Shown here: one piece after another, positions 43,890 to 54,192 of the stretch | Position numbering within the stretch: position 1 is the stretch's first letter | Layout of the letters: the number at the start of each line of letters is the position of its first letter | Assembly (NCBI GenBank): GCA_963737635.1 | Contig: CAVTTL010000001.1 | Coordinates: 640,001 to 704,000, forward strand | Direction: 5' to 3' | Length of the DNA stretch: 64,000 nucleotides | Origin: an uncultured Methanoregulaceae archaeon | GTDB taxonomy: Archaea > Halobacteriota > Methanomicrobia > Methanomicrobiales > Methanospirillaceae | Program-made: the position numbers and the translations under genes | Notes under the pieces: generated by a model | Seen by the model: only the letters and a program-made list of their open reading frames with translations | Databases searched by the model: none | What the model was told of the DNA's origin: nothing

Positions 43890-44092
43890 TTCCTGATCTC
43901 CGAGAGCGGGACGTATCTGTTCCGTTTCCTGATGCGCCCAGTCTCTTCAATCAGCCGGGTCTCGGAATCTCTCCTGATGAGATTCCCGATGGCATCGTCA
44001 TAGGTCTCTCCCGGTTTTCTGAGCTGGTGGACAGTCTCCCACGTGCTGAGGGATACGGGAATCCTTTTCGTGGCGCACTCCTGTCCGGTCAT
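43886..44092 (-). CDS. Putative antitoxin (archaeal RHH/VapB-like)
   Basis: KRIPVS..TW..L..GETYDDAI..YVPLSE; overlaps the toxin start. Confidence 0.75.
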   Translation of the reverse strand: MTGQECATKRIPVSLSTWETVHQLRKPGETYDDAIGNLIRRDSETRLIEETGRIRKRNRYVPLSEIRK

Positions 44093-44159
44093 GAGAAGAT
44101 AGTAGGCACTGGATTTATTTACAATTTCCGGAGAGGACAGGGGCGGCACGGGTAATCGG

Positions 44160-44325
44160 TCCGCGCAGGCCGGTGATGGCGACGGCCTGTTTGAGGGAAA
44201 GCCACGGCCCGATCTCATCGTACAGATCGCGGCCGGGTCGGGGGAACGTCAAACGTCCGCCCTTCAAGCCCGGGATTGAATTCCCGGATGAGCCGGATCA
44301 GGTGGTCTGTATCTACAGTATAGTG
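44160..44325 (-). pseudogene. Remnant of the 5' end of an AAA+ (COG1373-like) ATPase
   Basis: HLIRLIREFNP..VPPTR, then in a shifted frame DLYDEIGPWLSLKQAVAITGLR; truncated at Walker A. Confidence 0.6.
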
Positions 44326-44456
44326 GGGTTAATCCCGGGAATTAATAGGATTGTGGTGGTGGGAAATAACAAAAACGGAATCTGTCAGAAGGATTGAATC
44401 AATTCACATTCATCATGAATATCAAAAAATAATGAATTATTTTGTTGCGATCCCTA

Positions 44457-45302
44457 TCAATTGATCTCAATCGAAACCTTCCCGCCACCCTTGCTTTTCT
44501 GGCCACCAAGTACAGTGATATTGTTCAATGCCGGGATGAGAATTTCATTGATTAATAGAAGCTGTGCATCTTGAACGGGTTTGGATGCAATTCCATCTAA
44601 CCAGAGATCGACTTTTTCTCCGCCGATAAACCGGGGTTTCCCAAATTCAAAATCGCTCTGTTTTACAACAATTTCCAAATCGCCTTTGAATATCGTCCCC
44701 GGTTTAACTTGTTCACCGGTAATAATCGCACCTTTGGCTGCTGTCCCGCTCTTCCGATCAATGCGGATACTTGTTTGGTCAATTCGATATTCACCGACTT
44801 CCGGCCAGAAATTGGGTGCACGAAGACATCCCATCAACCCAGCTGCACCGAAGAAATAGCAGACCGGGCAAAGACCAATCGAATTGTTATGGTTCTTCGG
44901 GATTTCAACTCTATTTTCTTCAATTTTTATCTCACAATTATGTTGACGATATTCAGATGGAGACAATTTCTTTTCAGCCAGTGATGGTCTTGATGCTGGA
45001 ATGCATGGTTTGAGAAAATCATCTGCGGGAGTCGCAAATTTTGACTTTAGATCGTTCTTCCTGGCAATAAGAATTTGTTCAACCTGATATCTGAATGCCC
45101 CTTTGAAACTAGATGCCGGAATCGCGGGTTTTCCATCTACAGAAAAGACCGGCCCCTTCTTTTCAGTGAGTGGGGAAGGCGTACCTCCGATATGGAGAAA
45201 TGATCCCTGCCTGACTGTAATTTTCAGAGGTATCTGGAATATTTGAATGATACCCTGATGCTTAATTTCAGGCAATGTGTTAATATGCTCTATGCTACTC
45301 AT
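44457..45302 (-). CDS. Cas7-group RAMP (Csm3-like), type III-F-like
   Basis: LHIGG, PAIPASSFKGAFR, CPVCYFFG, IRIDRKSGTA, LGGQKSKGGGKV G-loop. Confidence 0.9.
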   Translation of the reverse strand: MSSIEHINTLPEIKHQGIIQIFQIPLKITVRQGSFLHIGGTPSPLTEKKGPVFSVDGKPAIPASSFKGAFRYQVEQILIARKNDLKSKFATPADDFLKPCIPASRPSLAEKKLSPSEYRQHNCEIKIEENRVEIPKNHNNSIGLCPVCYFFGAAGLMGCLRAPNFWPEVGEYRIDQTSIRIDRKSGTAAKGAIITGEQVKPGTIFKGDLEIVVKQSDFEFGKPRFIGGEKVDLWLDGIASKPVQDAQLLLINEILIPALNNITVLGGQKSKGGGKVSIEIN

Positions 45303-45888
45303 TTTTAACCATCTCCGTATAATGCGTCAAAGAATTTACTTTTCGGATGAAGAATGCAATCTCAATGATGTCCTGTTTCATATCATACAACACCTTCACG
45401 TATTCAAAAATCTTCTTGAGCGCTGCTCTTTCAAATCTATTGGCCTTATCGATTTTGTATAAAAAATATTCCTCAACAATGGGAAAATTATGATTCTCAA
45501 TCACTTTTCCATAATCCTCCATATTCGGCAAATTGCATTTGATAATACTGAAGTGATCGAGTGTTAAAAACATTTGATTGATGGTGTAGGGTTTTTTAAT
45601 CAGCGATTCTTTTAATGCATTAGTTAATTCTCCCGCTTCCTGAATTGCGTTTTGTCGTTTAGAATCCCTTTCAGATTGTTGATATTCCTTCCGTAAGTCG
45701 CTGATTTTATCATCGATCTTCTTATTTACGCTAACAATGTCATTATTCTGAAATTTTGTTTTGAGATCCTTCCATTCGTTATGGTCAAAAATCTTGAATT
45801 TTATGAAGAAAATATCCGGGTCGTTTAATACACGTTTCATTACATCGTCCAGCGGGACACTAACAGTCATACTCATATTTCTCACCAA
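45295..45888 (-). CDS. Putative divergent Cas11 small subunit
   Basis: Apparently all-helical protein of about 195 aa between cas5 and cas7, overlapping both; assigned by position only. Confidence 0.6.
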   Translation of the reverse strand: MVRNMSMTVSVPLDDVMKRVLNDPDIFFIKFKIFDHNEWKDLKTKFQNNDIVSVNKKIDDKISDLRKEYQQSERDSKRQNAIQEAGELTNALKESLIKKPYTINQMFLTLDHFSIIKCNLPNMEDYGKVIENHNFPIVEEYFLYKIDKANRFERAALKKIFEYVKVLYDMKQDIIEIAFFIRKVNSLTHYTEMVKNE

Positions 45889-46504
45889 TAAGGAGTTCAG
45901 GACCTTCTACAATACTATCTTCAAATAATGCTCTTTTATAGACTCCCCCAATTTTAGAAGTAGGATAGAATAAGTATCCATAACAAGGTTTTATAATTCT
46001 ATTGATGCCAAAGGAATGACATTCCTCTTCAAGGAGACGGCCATTCAAATAACCTGTAATTGTTTTCGGCTTGATTTCATCGATAAACGATAATTCACAT
46101 CTTCCAAATCCTTTGCTTTTCAGAGCACCAAGAACGATTTCTGTTTGTTTATTGGGGGGAAGATTCTCCGCTGCTTCATTTCTCAAGATGTAAATATCTC
46201 CAAGAACCGCTGCATTATATTGCGTCGGTTTGAGATATTCCAAAAAGATTGGCAATTTTGCAGTACCGGTAATTGCATCAAACGGTGCATAGGTAAAAAT
46301 GGCTTTTTCATATGTCCCTATTCTGAAAAAACCGATTGCCTGAATATCATGAAATCCAAAATATTCCTTGAAACACCCTTTCAGCGTGGATGTCGGAATA
46401 TTTTCAATACATGGCCGGAAAGTTCCCCCTTTGACCCGCTCTCCGATTGCAATTGCCGATGTACTTATGCAGTAATGAAGAAAACTGAGGGAGGCTTGGG
46501 TCAT
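45860..46504 (-). CDS. Cas5-group RAMP, type III-F-like
   Basis: IAIGER..IPTSTLKG and LGALKSKGFGRC G-loop. Confidence 0.8.
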   Translation of the reverse strand: MTQASLSFLHYCISTSAIAIGERVKGGTFRPCIENIPTSTLKGCFKEYFGFHDIQAIGFFRIGTYEKAIFTYAPFDAITGTAKLPIFLEYLKPTQYNAAVLGDIYILRNEAAENLPPNKQTEIVLGALKSKGFGRCELSFIDEIKPKTITGYLNGRLLEEECHSFGINRIIKPCYGYLFYPTSKIGGVYKRALFEDSIVEGPELLIGEKYEYDC

Positions 46505-48459
46505 GTACCTCTCACCTCATTGATCAACTTGTGAAAATCCAGAATCTGACGGATGGACAGCCCCTGCTGCATCAGGTCGGTTATGAAAGAGTAATGTGAG
46601 GGATCTTTCATTATTTCGAGTTGGACTACCATTTTACTTTGGGTTTTTTGATCAATATCCGACAACCGGTGAATCCAATGACTTGTTCTTTGATCGTCAT
46701 CTTGTAACTTTTTTCTAAGGGATCGATATTGTTGTACAGTAAGTGAAAGAAGACTGCTTCCTGCAATCTGAATGTTAATATCCTTCTTTGGTTTTGACAG
46801 GAATTCCCAGTGATTCCGGTAAGGGTATTTGGTACGGGCAATGCTCATGGAAAATTTGATAGGGGAACTGTCAAGACATTCTGGAAAATGAGCTTCCAGA
46901 AGGTCATAAAATAAATCAAGCACCGGCAGGATTTCTTCACTGGATTTGACTTTGAATATCCCGAATTCGTTATATCCTTCGATGGGGAAAAGAAATGAAT
47001 CATCCGTATATAGGGGTGATTGATCCCGTTGTTTTATGGTAAAGATCTGAGCGGAAAAATCATCCAGGAAAGATTGATAATCACGAATAAAACTCATTTG
47101 AACTGCAAGGGGCCTGAACATCTCTATCAGAATCTTCTTATCACCAGCTTGAACCGGTTGCATTGTAGGATGAGAATAGACATACTTTTTGAATAATGTA
47201 CGAATTGTTTCATCCAGATGTTGTTGATCAAGGGAGATTTTCAGCCATGCGGCCTTTACATCCTCTTCATCCCACTTGGCATAAACAGCTGCGGGCTCAC
47301 CAATTTCCCGAATGTTATAGCAATCATCACATAAATGCTCATGAATTTTGTCTTTGATCCTCTCTTGACCGGGTCTTACCTGGCAGGAATCACATAAGGG
47401 TGGTGAAATTTCTGCCGGAATTTCAGGACCGAGCCGTTTTTCAAATAATTTGAGATTTCTGTTAGTCCGTTTTTCATGAAATGTTTTGTATTGGCGACCT
47501 ATTGACGAAGTCAGGAGATTTAATTCCGCTTCCAGTTCCTTGTAATCGAGGATGAGACCGGAATCAATAAATGGTTTCATTAATATCTGGAGTGGAAGTT
47601 CCTCCTCTTTGGGAACAAAAAGACACAGAAAATCAGCCGTGGAGAATAAAACATAATCTCTCGTATTTTCATTTTCTGAAAATGCCTTGATTATATCAAT
47701 TCGTTTTTGGAATACATTGAGATCCTGAAGCCGTATCAATTCATTGGAGAATTTTACTTGACAAAAAACAAGACGGTAAATCCATTTTCCTTTTTGATTA
47801 ATCTGGTCAATTCTTCCCCCTGTCGCTTCGTTGATAGAGTTTATTTCATTGCCGCAGTAGATCAGCTTATTTTTTTGTTGATCAAACCAGGAATGTTTTT
47901 TCAAAATCCTGAATATCTTTCCAGTCAGATCTAAATGAGTGTATAGGTCGGTAATATTGAATGGTGCTGATTTATCCTCGGCGGTAAGCAGAAGATTGTC
48001 TTCATATGTTTTAAGAAATTCTTCGGAAAATGAACACTTATCAATAAAGCGAAACATTTCCTTTAATTTTTCTGGTGTATCAAATACAGCCCACTTTTTC
48101 CCGGCATTCATTTCATTTTGATAAAACTTTGGATTCCAAAGAACAAATATACCGTCGGATACTTGACCCTTTTTACCCCAAGTGCGGGAAATCGAGGCTG
48201 CGATTTCATCTGCGATATTCGTAAGAAGCACATCGGAAAGATGCTCTTTTGGGATTTTTTTGGTTGAAGAAAGAGATCTTATTTCATCGCTGAACTGCCC
48301 CCACCAACTCGGGGATGTAGGTGGGGCAATTCCAATTTGAGAAAAGTCAAAATTATGAAATGTATGGCCGGTAAATTGAATATTCTGATTTTTTAAAGAA
48401 TCTTTATCCACGAGCTTCCCGATATCATGCAGCTCTGCGATGAAAGCCCGATCATTCAT
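46501..48459 (-). CDS. cas10: Cas10-like large subunit, HD nuclease motifs intact, no GGDD
   Basis: AELHDIGK, IADEIAAS, LYTHLDLT, CDSC..LCDDC zinc finger; no GGDD anywhere in the protein. Confidence 0.85.
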   Translation of the reverse strand: MNDRAFIAELHDIGKLVDKDSLKNQNIQFTGHTFHNFDFSQIGIAPPTSPSWWGQFSDEIRSLSSTKKIPKEHLSDVLLTNIADEIAASISRTWGKKGQVSDGIFVLWNPKFYQNEMNAGKKWAVFDTPEKLKEMFRFIDKCSFSEEFLKTYEDNLLLTAEDKSAPFNITDLYTHLDLTGKIFRILKKHSWFDQQKNKLIYCGNEINSINEATGGRIDQINQKGKWIYRLVFCQVKFSNELIRLQDLNVFQKRIDIIKAFSENENTRDYVLFSTADFLCLFVPKEEELPLQILMKPFIDSGLILDYKELEAELNLLTSSIGRQYKTFHEKRTNRNLKLFEKRLGPEIPAEISPPLCDSCQVRPGQERIKDKIHEHLCDDCYNIREIGEPAAVYAKWDEEDVKAAWLKISLDQQHLDETIRTLFKKYVYSHPTMQPVQAGDKKILIEMFRPLAVQMSFIRDYQSFLDDFSAQIFTIKQRDQSPLYTDDSFLFPIEGYNEFGIFKVKSSEEILPVLDLFYDLLEAHFPECLDSSPIKFSMSIARTKYPYRNHWEFLSKPKKDINIQIAGSSLLSLTVQQYRSLRKKLQDDDQRTSHWIHRLSDIDQKTQSKMVVQLEIMKDPSHYSFITDLMQQGLSIRQILDFHKLINEVRGT

Positions 48460-48529
48460 ATGTCTATTCTCTACTTCTTGGATATAAGGTAGATCCGCAC
48501 ATCAAATGAAAGAATGTCCCCTTAACGTA

Positions 48530-48645
48530 TCGCTCCGTTTAAGGTGGCGTCGGAACACCGGGACGGTAACGGGACGGTCGCCCAGCTGCGGGTTTTATTC
48601 ATAGATGAGCCGGATCAGGTATTGATTATCCCCAGTGTAGTACAA
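48530..48645 (-). pseudogene. Second remnant of the same ATPase 5' end
   Basis: DNQYLIRLIYE*NPQL..VPVFRRHL; shares GATGAGCCGGATCAGGT with 44287-44303. Confidence 0.5.
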
Positions 48646-48754
48646 TTTAAGAGTGTATAGTTTCAATAAAGTTAGCTTTGTAATTTTCATAACATTTTCA
48701 TGATTCTTACACAAGATTTATGCTTCCATTTGTATATGGATCATCTGTGATGGA

Positions 48755-50192
48755 ATGATCCCTTCGGGAAGTCCGGTCTCAACACAACTGGCTAACATAG
48801 ATTCTTCTGTACGATTCACCTTCTCGTTGACCGGGGATCCTTTTGTTGACGCACGGCATTACTGCAATAGAACTGATGACCGGAAAATCCTGGCCGGACA
48901 TTCAGGATGAGGATTTCAAAAAAGCAGCGGAATCTCTTGTTGATCTCTACCTGACACCAGCCTGGTCAAAGGAACTCAATTCGCTTTTTCCAAACAGCAG
49001 TTACATCCAGTATGCAAAGGGGTATAACAGAAATGAAAAATCCCGGGAATTTCTCTTCGAACTGATTCAAGGACTGGAGAATCTACAGACAACTCTCGAC
49101 TACTGCGTCTTTTGTGGCGCACCTGCCTTCAGAAGAAAAGATCACTCACCATTCGTGAAATCCCAGATTCCCCTTGTGGGATCATCAAGTTTCACTAATT
49201 ATTTTCCTTCGTTCCATAATGGCGTAAGTATTTGTGCCAAGTGTGCACTCGCCATCCAGTTCGCTCCACTCGTATCATACAAAGCCGGAGGAAAACCCTG
49301 CATCGTTTCAAGCAACAACCCCTGTGTGATTCAGGAGTTGGGACGCGAAGCAATGCATTACATTCACGAACAGAAACTTCTCGGTGCGTACCAGCTGAAG
49401 GAAACCTCAGGTATTCTTGATGAGAAGTTCCGGTCGCCACAGAACGCAATCTTCCATCTTGCATACAAGGTTACCCGACTTTACCGTACAAAAGGCATCA
49501 GCAGTGAGAATGAAGAAATTACTCTCTATCATATCGACAACTACAACCAGAATCCAAAAGGTATCGCAATATATACACTCCCGAACAATGTTTTCCGTTT
49601 TGTCGCAGTGGTCATGAGCAGTCCGGAGTACCGGGCCGCGTGGTTTGCCTTATTGTCACGCCACTATTCAAAATCAAAAAAGGAAACGGAAGATGTCCCC
49701 CTCTGGAAAGTGGCATCGAACCTGATTCATAACCAGCTGTTGAATAACCAGAGTATCCTCTGGGCGTTTAAGGATGATGAAAGAAAAACCCTGACGATTC
49801 CGTTCATCGTTGTCGAACGGTATATGGAACTGGTGAAAGGCATGAACAAGCAACGAATTGAAAAGATCAAAACACTCGCGGACAGAATAGCCGAATGCAT
49901 CGAAAAAAGCGGAGATAAAAAACGGGTCAATGCCTTACAATCTGCAAGAGATCTCGTCTCCTTCCGCAACCAGCTTCGGCTGATCCTTAAGGACTGGCAG
50001 AAACAGGGACGCGACAAACCCTTGATTGAATTTGATGATTATATCGAAGTTCTCATTCCTGGGGATTATGCCGGCTGGACAGAGGTCCGGGACCTCATCG
50101 TGATCAGGTTATATGAAAAACTTCATCCCCTGCTTGCACGGACAGCGGATGAAGATGATATGGATGACTCAGAAAAAGGTGGAAATAAATGA
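48755..50192 (+). CDS. cas8: Type I-B Cas8 (Cst1/CXXC-CXXC family), +1 frameshift near 48854
   Basis: TGDPFVDAG motif split across frames, FPNS, CVFCG, PLVGS...NYF, CAKC..AIQFAP. Confidence 0.88.
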
Positions 50193-51250
50193 AAACAATC
50201 ATTGGAGCATATCTTATTGACGCACCGTTCTCTGCGCTCAACAACAGCGGAATCGACCAGAGAGCTGCAAATGAAAATGAAGTTGCGACAAAAACGATCA
50301 AATCTCCCGAAGGTGTCCGGCCGTATGTGTCGGCGCAGGCGCTCAGGTACTGGTGGAGAAATGTGCTGGTAAGTAAATATGACTGGAAGTGTTCTCCGGT
50401 AACAAAACTGGATAAGAACCAAGCCATCACCCAAGCCGATCCACTCACTTATCCTGATGATGATATTTTCGGGTATATGAGTGCCCGGCGCGAACCGACC
50501 GGAAAAATTGACAAAAAAGGAAACCCGGTCTTGGAAAATGTAACGGTTACACGGGTTTCCCCCCTGAAATGCTCGCCGGCTATCGGTCTGCCGATTGCCC
50601 CGAAATCGGATTTTGGCGTAATGAACCGGCACCCGGAAGGCGATCCCGTTCTCTATAACCACCAGTTCTACAGCAATATCCTCAAAGGGATATTTGCTCT
50701 CGATATCGATCTTGCAGGAACTTTTACTTCCCTTGACAAGCCCGGTGCAAAAAACCTCTCGGAAGATCTTCGTAAAATCTGCGAAGAAAAAGGCATGAAA
50801 AAAGTCGATCCTGAGAATAAGAGCAAAGAATGGTACATTCTTCCTGAAGCACAGAAAAAAACCAGAATTATCCAGACAATATCTGCATTAAAATATCTCA
50901 ACGGTGGGGCGATGCAGACCCTGCATCACACGGATGTAACCCCGAAGCTGATCATTCTTGCCGTTCTCAATGGCGGGAATAATATCTTCATGGACGTCTT
51001 CCCCCACCGCAGGTACGATGAAGGTCTCATCAACCTTGACGCACTCAGCGAAGTGCTGACCGATTACAAACAAGATCTCTTGTCCGGGGTCTATATCGGG
51101 AGAATGGCAGGTTTTGGATCCGACAAAGACAAAGAACTGGATTCCTTCAAGGCTCCCGAAGGGATAAACCTGACCCTTGCCACACCGGCACAGGCAATCG
51201 ACGGATTTGTTAAAGAAATTTCCCAGAGTAAGAAAATCTTCGGTGCCTGA
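50189..51250 (+). CDS. cas7: Type I-B Cas7 (Cst2/DevR)
   Basis: ALNNSG, PYVSAQALRYWWR, DDDIFGYM, TRVSPLK, GGAMQT..TDVTP. Confidence 0.95.
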   Translation: MKTIIGAYLIDAPFSALNNSGIDQRAANENEVATKTIKSPEGVRPYVSAQALRYWWRNVLVSKYDWKCSPVTKLDKNQAITQADPLTYPDDDIFGYMSARREPTGKIDKKGNPVLENVTVTRVSPLKCSPAIGLPIAPKSDFGVMNRHPEGDPVLYNHQFYSNILKGIFALDIDLAGTFTSLDKPGAKNLSEDLRKICEEKGMKKVDPENKSKEWYILPEAQKKTRIIQTISALKYLNGGAMQTLHHTDVTPKLIILAVLNGGNNIFMDVFPHRRYDEGLINLDALSEVLTDYKQDLLSGVYIGRMAGFGSDKDKELDSFKAPEGINLTLATPAQAIDGFVKEISQSKKIFGA

Positions 51251-51252
51251 AT

Positions 51253-51912
51253 ATGGAATTCCTGCGCGTGGAGATATCGGCGATGACTGCGTCATTCCGG
51301 TATCCCATGTTCGTTGTTTCCTACCAGCCGACCTATCCGGTTCCACCGGTCTCTACACTCTACGGCCTTTTGTCTGCGGCCAAAGGATCAAAGGTTGCTC
51401 TTGATGAAGTCAACATCGGGTATTCGTTCACATCAGAAGGGAAAGGAATCGATCTTGAACGAATCTATGAATATGGCGATGAGAGCGAGAAAAAACCCGT
51501 GCACAGTCTCGGGACAAACATTGTCCAGAGAGAGTTTCTGTATAACTGTTATCTGACGCTTTACCTGTCGGATACCCGGTTTGCAGAATATTTCCAGAAC
51601 CCGGCGTACACCCTGCTCATGGGGAGGCAGACCGATCTGGCATACATAAAATGCATCAGGACCGTGGAACTTGATAAGAGACCGGATGTCGAAATCAATC
51701 ACACCATGGTTCCCTTCACCGGAGAAATTCCCGGTCAGATCATTTCCCTCCCATCCGATTTCACGGATACCGCACAGAGAAAACCCCTGAATGTAAAGAG
51801 TTATGCGATAATCACATCGCCACAACACATTCATGACGGTTTTTTCGATGCGGAAAAAGAGTGTGGGGTATTTATTCATGATTTCACCGGTGCTGGCAAA
51901 GAAAAACGGTGA
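51253..51912 (+). CDS. cas5: Type I-B Cas5
   Basis: TASFRYP..QPTYPVPPVSTLYGLLSAA, REFL, MGRQTDL. Confidence 0.95.
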   Translation: MEFLRVEISAMTASFRYPMFVVSYQPTYPVPPVSTLYGLLSAAKGSKVALDEVNIGYSFTSEGKGIDLERIYEYGDESEKKPVHSLGTNIVQREFLYNCYLTLYLSDTRFAEYFQNPAYTLLMGRQTDLAYIKCIRTVELDKRPDVEINHTMVPFTGEIPGQIISLPSDFTDTAQRKPLNVKSYAIITSPQHIHDGFFDAEKECGVFIHDFTGAGKEKR

Positions 51913-54082
51913 GACGCTCCGCGATCATACCCAGAACTGTCTTGAACTTTTTGTCTTTTTCAAAGATTTGTTTCCCGGGCTGGATCAGAAATGCGGATAC
52001 CCTGAATTTTATGATGATATCGCCACAGCATTGTTCTTTCATGATTTCGGGAAAGCCTCAACCGGATTTCAGCGCCAGTTCCAGCCAAATAATCCCCAAT
52101 ATCATTATCGTCATGAAATCCTTTCAGTGCCGTTTGTTGAATCACTCCATTGGGGCGATACGGAATTTATTAAAGAACTGGTGCTGACTCATCACAAAAC
52201 CTTGGATCAGCTCAGCGATTATGTTGAACAGGAAGATTCACTTGATCCCGGTTTTGCTGATCGTTTATCTGAGATCAAAGAAAACCTCCCATACCTTAAT
52301 GACCTCATTGAGGATTTTCAACAACTCCCTGCTTGCAGTGAACTACCGCATAAGCCGCAAAAAATGGCCAGCCTCGATGTTTCAAAAGAGTGCTGGGAAA
52401 ATGTTTTACGGACAATGTACCGGGAAAACCGGGAGTCGTCCGATAAAAATGCCCGGTTAAGAAGAATTTTTGGCAAGGGCTTTGTCAACAGCTGCGATTA
52501 CATGGCATCTGCCGGGATCCGTACCGTACTAAAGCCGCTTGCCGATATTCACCCGGTATTTCCGTTTCAAAATCTTACAACCGTTCAGGATATCGTCGGC
52601 AGGACAAAAGGCAATGCGATCATTACTGCGCCGACCGGGTCGGGAAAAACCGAGGCTGCGTTGTTCTGGGCTACCTGCAACCTGGACGCAAACCGTGGAA
52701 ACAGGATATTTTACACTCTTCCCTATACAGCAAGCATCAATGCCATGTACGTCCGTTTGAAAAATGCATTATCTCCTAAGTACGCGGGTGAGGAGACCTG
52801 TGTCTCGCTGATGCACGGTAAAGCCTCGTACTATCTCTGGAAATTTTACGAAGAGACGGAACGCTTCGATTTTGTAAAATCCGTTTCAAAAAGGATTTAC
52901 AGTCCGTACAAAGTGATGACCCCTTTCCAGTCGATAAAACATTTTTTCTCGCTCAAAGGATACGAGATGGGGCTGCTGGAAACGTACCGGGGATTATTCA
53001 TCTTTGATGAGATCCATGCATATGATGCAAAAAATACAGCACTTATCCTTGGCATGACCGATTTTCTGGTCAATACACTTGATGCAAAAGTCCTCGTCAT
53101 GTCTGCAACATTGCCCACCTTCATCCGTTCCCGGTTCGCCGAATGTCTCGATGTGTCCGAAGAGATTCGAATGACAGCTCCTGAACTGTCGAAATATCTT
53201 AGGCACCGGTGCACAATCCTCGATGGAGATATTTTTGATCATATCGATCTGATCAAACAAAATCTCCGTGAAAAGAGAAAAGTCCTCATTGTCTGCAATA
53301 CCGTCAAGCGGGCTCAGGACGTTTATGAATTATTAAAAAATGAGACCGGCAACCGTGCACTTCTCCATGGTAAATATACCTTGAATGATAGGGAGAAAAT
53401 CGAAGGAACACTTGGGGAACGGAAATTGCTGGTCGGCACCCAGACCATCGAAGTCTCACTTGATATCGATTACGATATCTGTTTTACCGAGCCCGCCCCG
53501 ATTGATGCCCTCATCCAGCGGTTCGGACGGGTGAACAGGAGAAAGAACGCGGACGGAACCCCGCAGAAAGGGATTTGCCCGGTCTTCGTGTTCACGAAAG
53601 GATCGGAGAATGATCGCTTTATCTATAATGAACAGAAGGTTTCAAAAACTCTCGATCTCCTGTCCGGCCTCGATCTGCTCCATGAAAATCTCCTGCAGGA
53701 TATCACCGACAAAGTCTATGACGACGGCTTCGGCTCGCAGGAAACAGAGTTCAACGAGACCCAAACCCTCTTCCTGCACCTGATTGACGAACAACAACCC
53801 TACTGTAGTTCGAATCGGAGCGAATCAGATTTTTACCGGCTGTTCAGTGCAGTCGAAGCCGTTCCCTTGTGTTACGCTGCTGTATATGATGAGTGCATAC
53901 AGTCCGGAAGAATTTACGACGCAATGAAGTACGTCGTGCCCCTCACGCTCGGGCAGTACCACAAACTGAAATCAGAAAACCGGGTGAGTGAGAATAAAGA
54001 ACGAATTGTTATCGATGCAAAATATGACATGGAAACAGGACTGCTGATCGGCCAGCGGGATCCGTCAGCGATGACCATGTAA
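51878..54082 (+). CDS. cas3: Cas3 HD nuclease-helicase
   Basis: TLRDH, HDFGK, RHE, HH, APTGSGKT, DEIH, SAT, QRFGRVNR. Confidence 0.97.
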   Translation: MISPVLAKKNGETLRDHTQNCLELFVFFKDLFPGLDQKCGYPEFYDDIATALFFHDFGKASTGFQRQFQPNNPQYHYRHEILSVPFVESLHWGDTEFIKELVLTHHKTLDQLSDYVEQEDSLDPGFADRLSEIKENLPYLNDLIEDFQQLPACSELPHKPQKMASLDVSKECWENVLRTMYRENRESSDKNARLRRIFGKGFVNSCDYMASAGIRTVLKPLADIHPVFPFQNLTTVQDIVGRTKGNAIITAPTGSGKTEAALFWATCNLDANRGNRIFYTLPYTASINAMYVRLKNALSPKYAGEETCVSLMHGKASYYLWKFYEETERFDFVKSVSKRIYSPYKVMTPFQSIKHFFSLKGYEMGLLETYRGLFIFDEIHAYDAKNTALILGMTDFLVNTLDAKVLVMSATLPTFIRSRFAECLDVSEEIRMTAPELSKYLRHRCTILDGDIFDHIDLIKQNLREKRKVLIVCNTVKRAQDVYELLKNETGNRALLHGKYTLNDREKIEGTLGERKLLVGTQTIEVSLDIDYDICFTEPAPIDALIQRFGRVNRRKNADGTPQKGICPVFVFTKGSENDRFIYNEQKVSKTLDLLSGLDLLHENLLQDITDKVYDDGFGSQETEFNETQTLFLHLIDEQQPYCSSNRSESDFYRLFSAVEAVPLCYAAVYDECIQSGRIYDAMKYVVPLTLGQYHKLKSENRVSENKERIVIDAKYDMETGLLIGQRDPSAMTM

Positions 54083-54192
54083 GGCTGGTCTTTTCCGGGA
54101 ATCCGGCACTTATTCACGCATCCGCCGGATACTGCACGAGAATCTTCTCCAGTTCCTGCTTTAAGGGAGGGATATTTACATGGACAACCATG

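Noticed and set aside
44328-44400. Repeat-like AGGATTG motifs downstream of cas7, possibly a CreA-like mini-array
   Set aside because: About 15/26 identity in AT-rich sequence and no convincing repeat pair
44457-48459. Type IV-C or canonical III-A assignment
   Set aside because: Gene order is cas10-cas5-cas11-cas7 with a Csm3-like Cas7, no Csm5/Csm6 and no GGDD; III-F-like fits better, pending phylogeny
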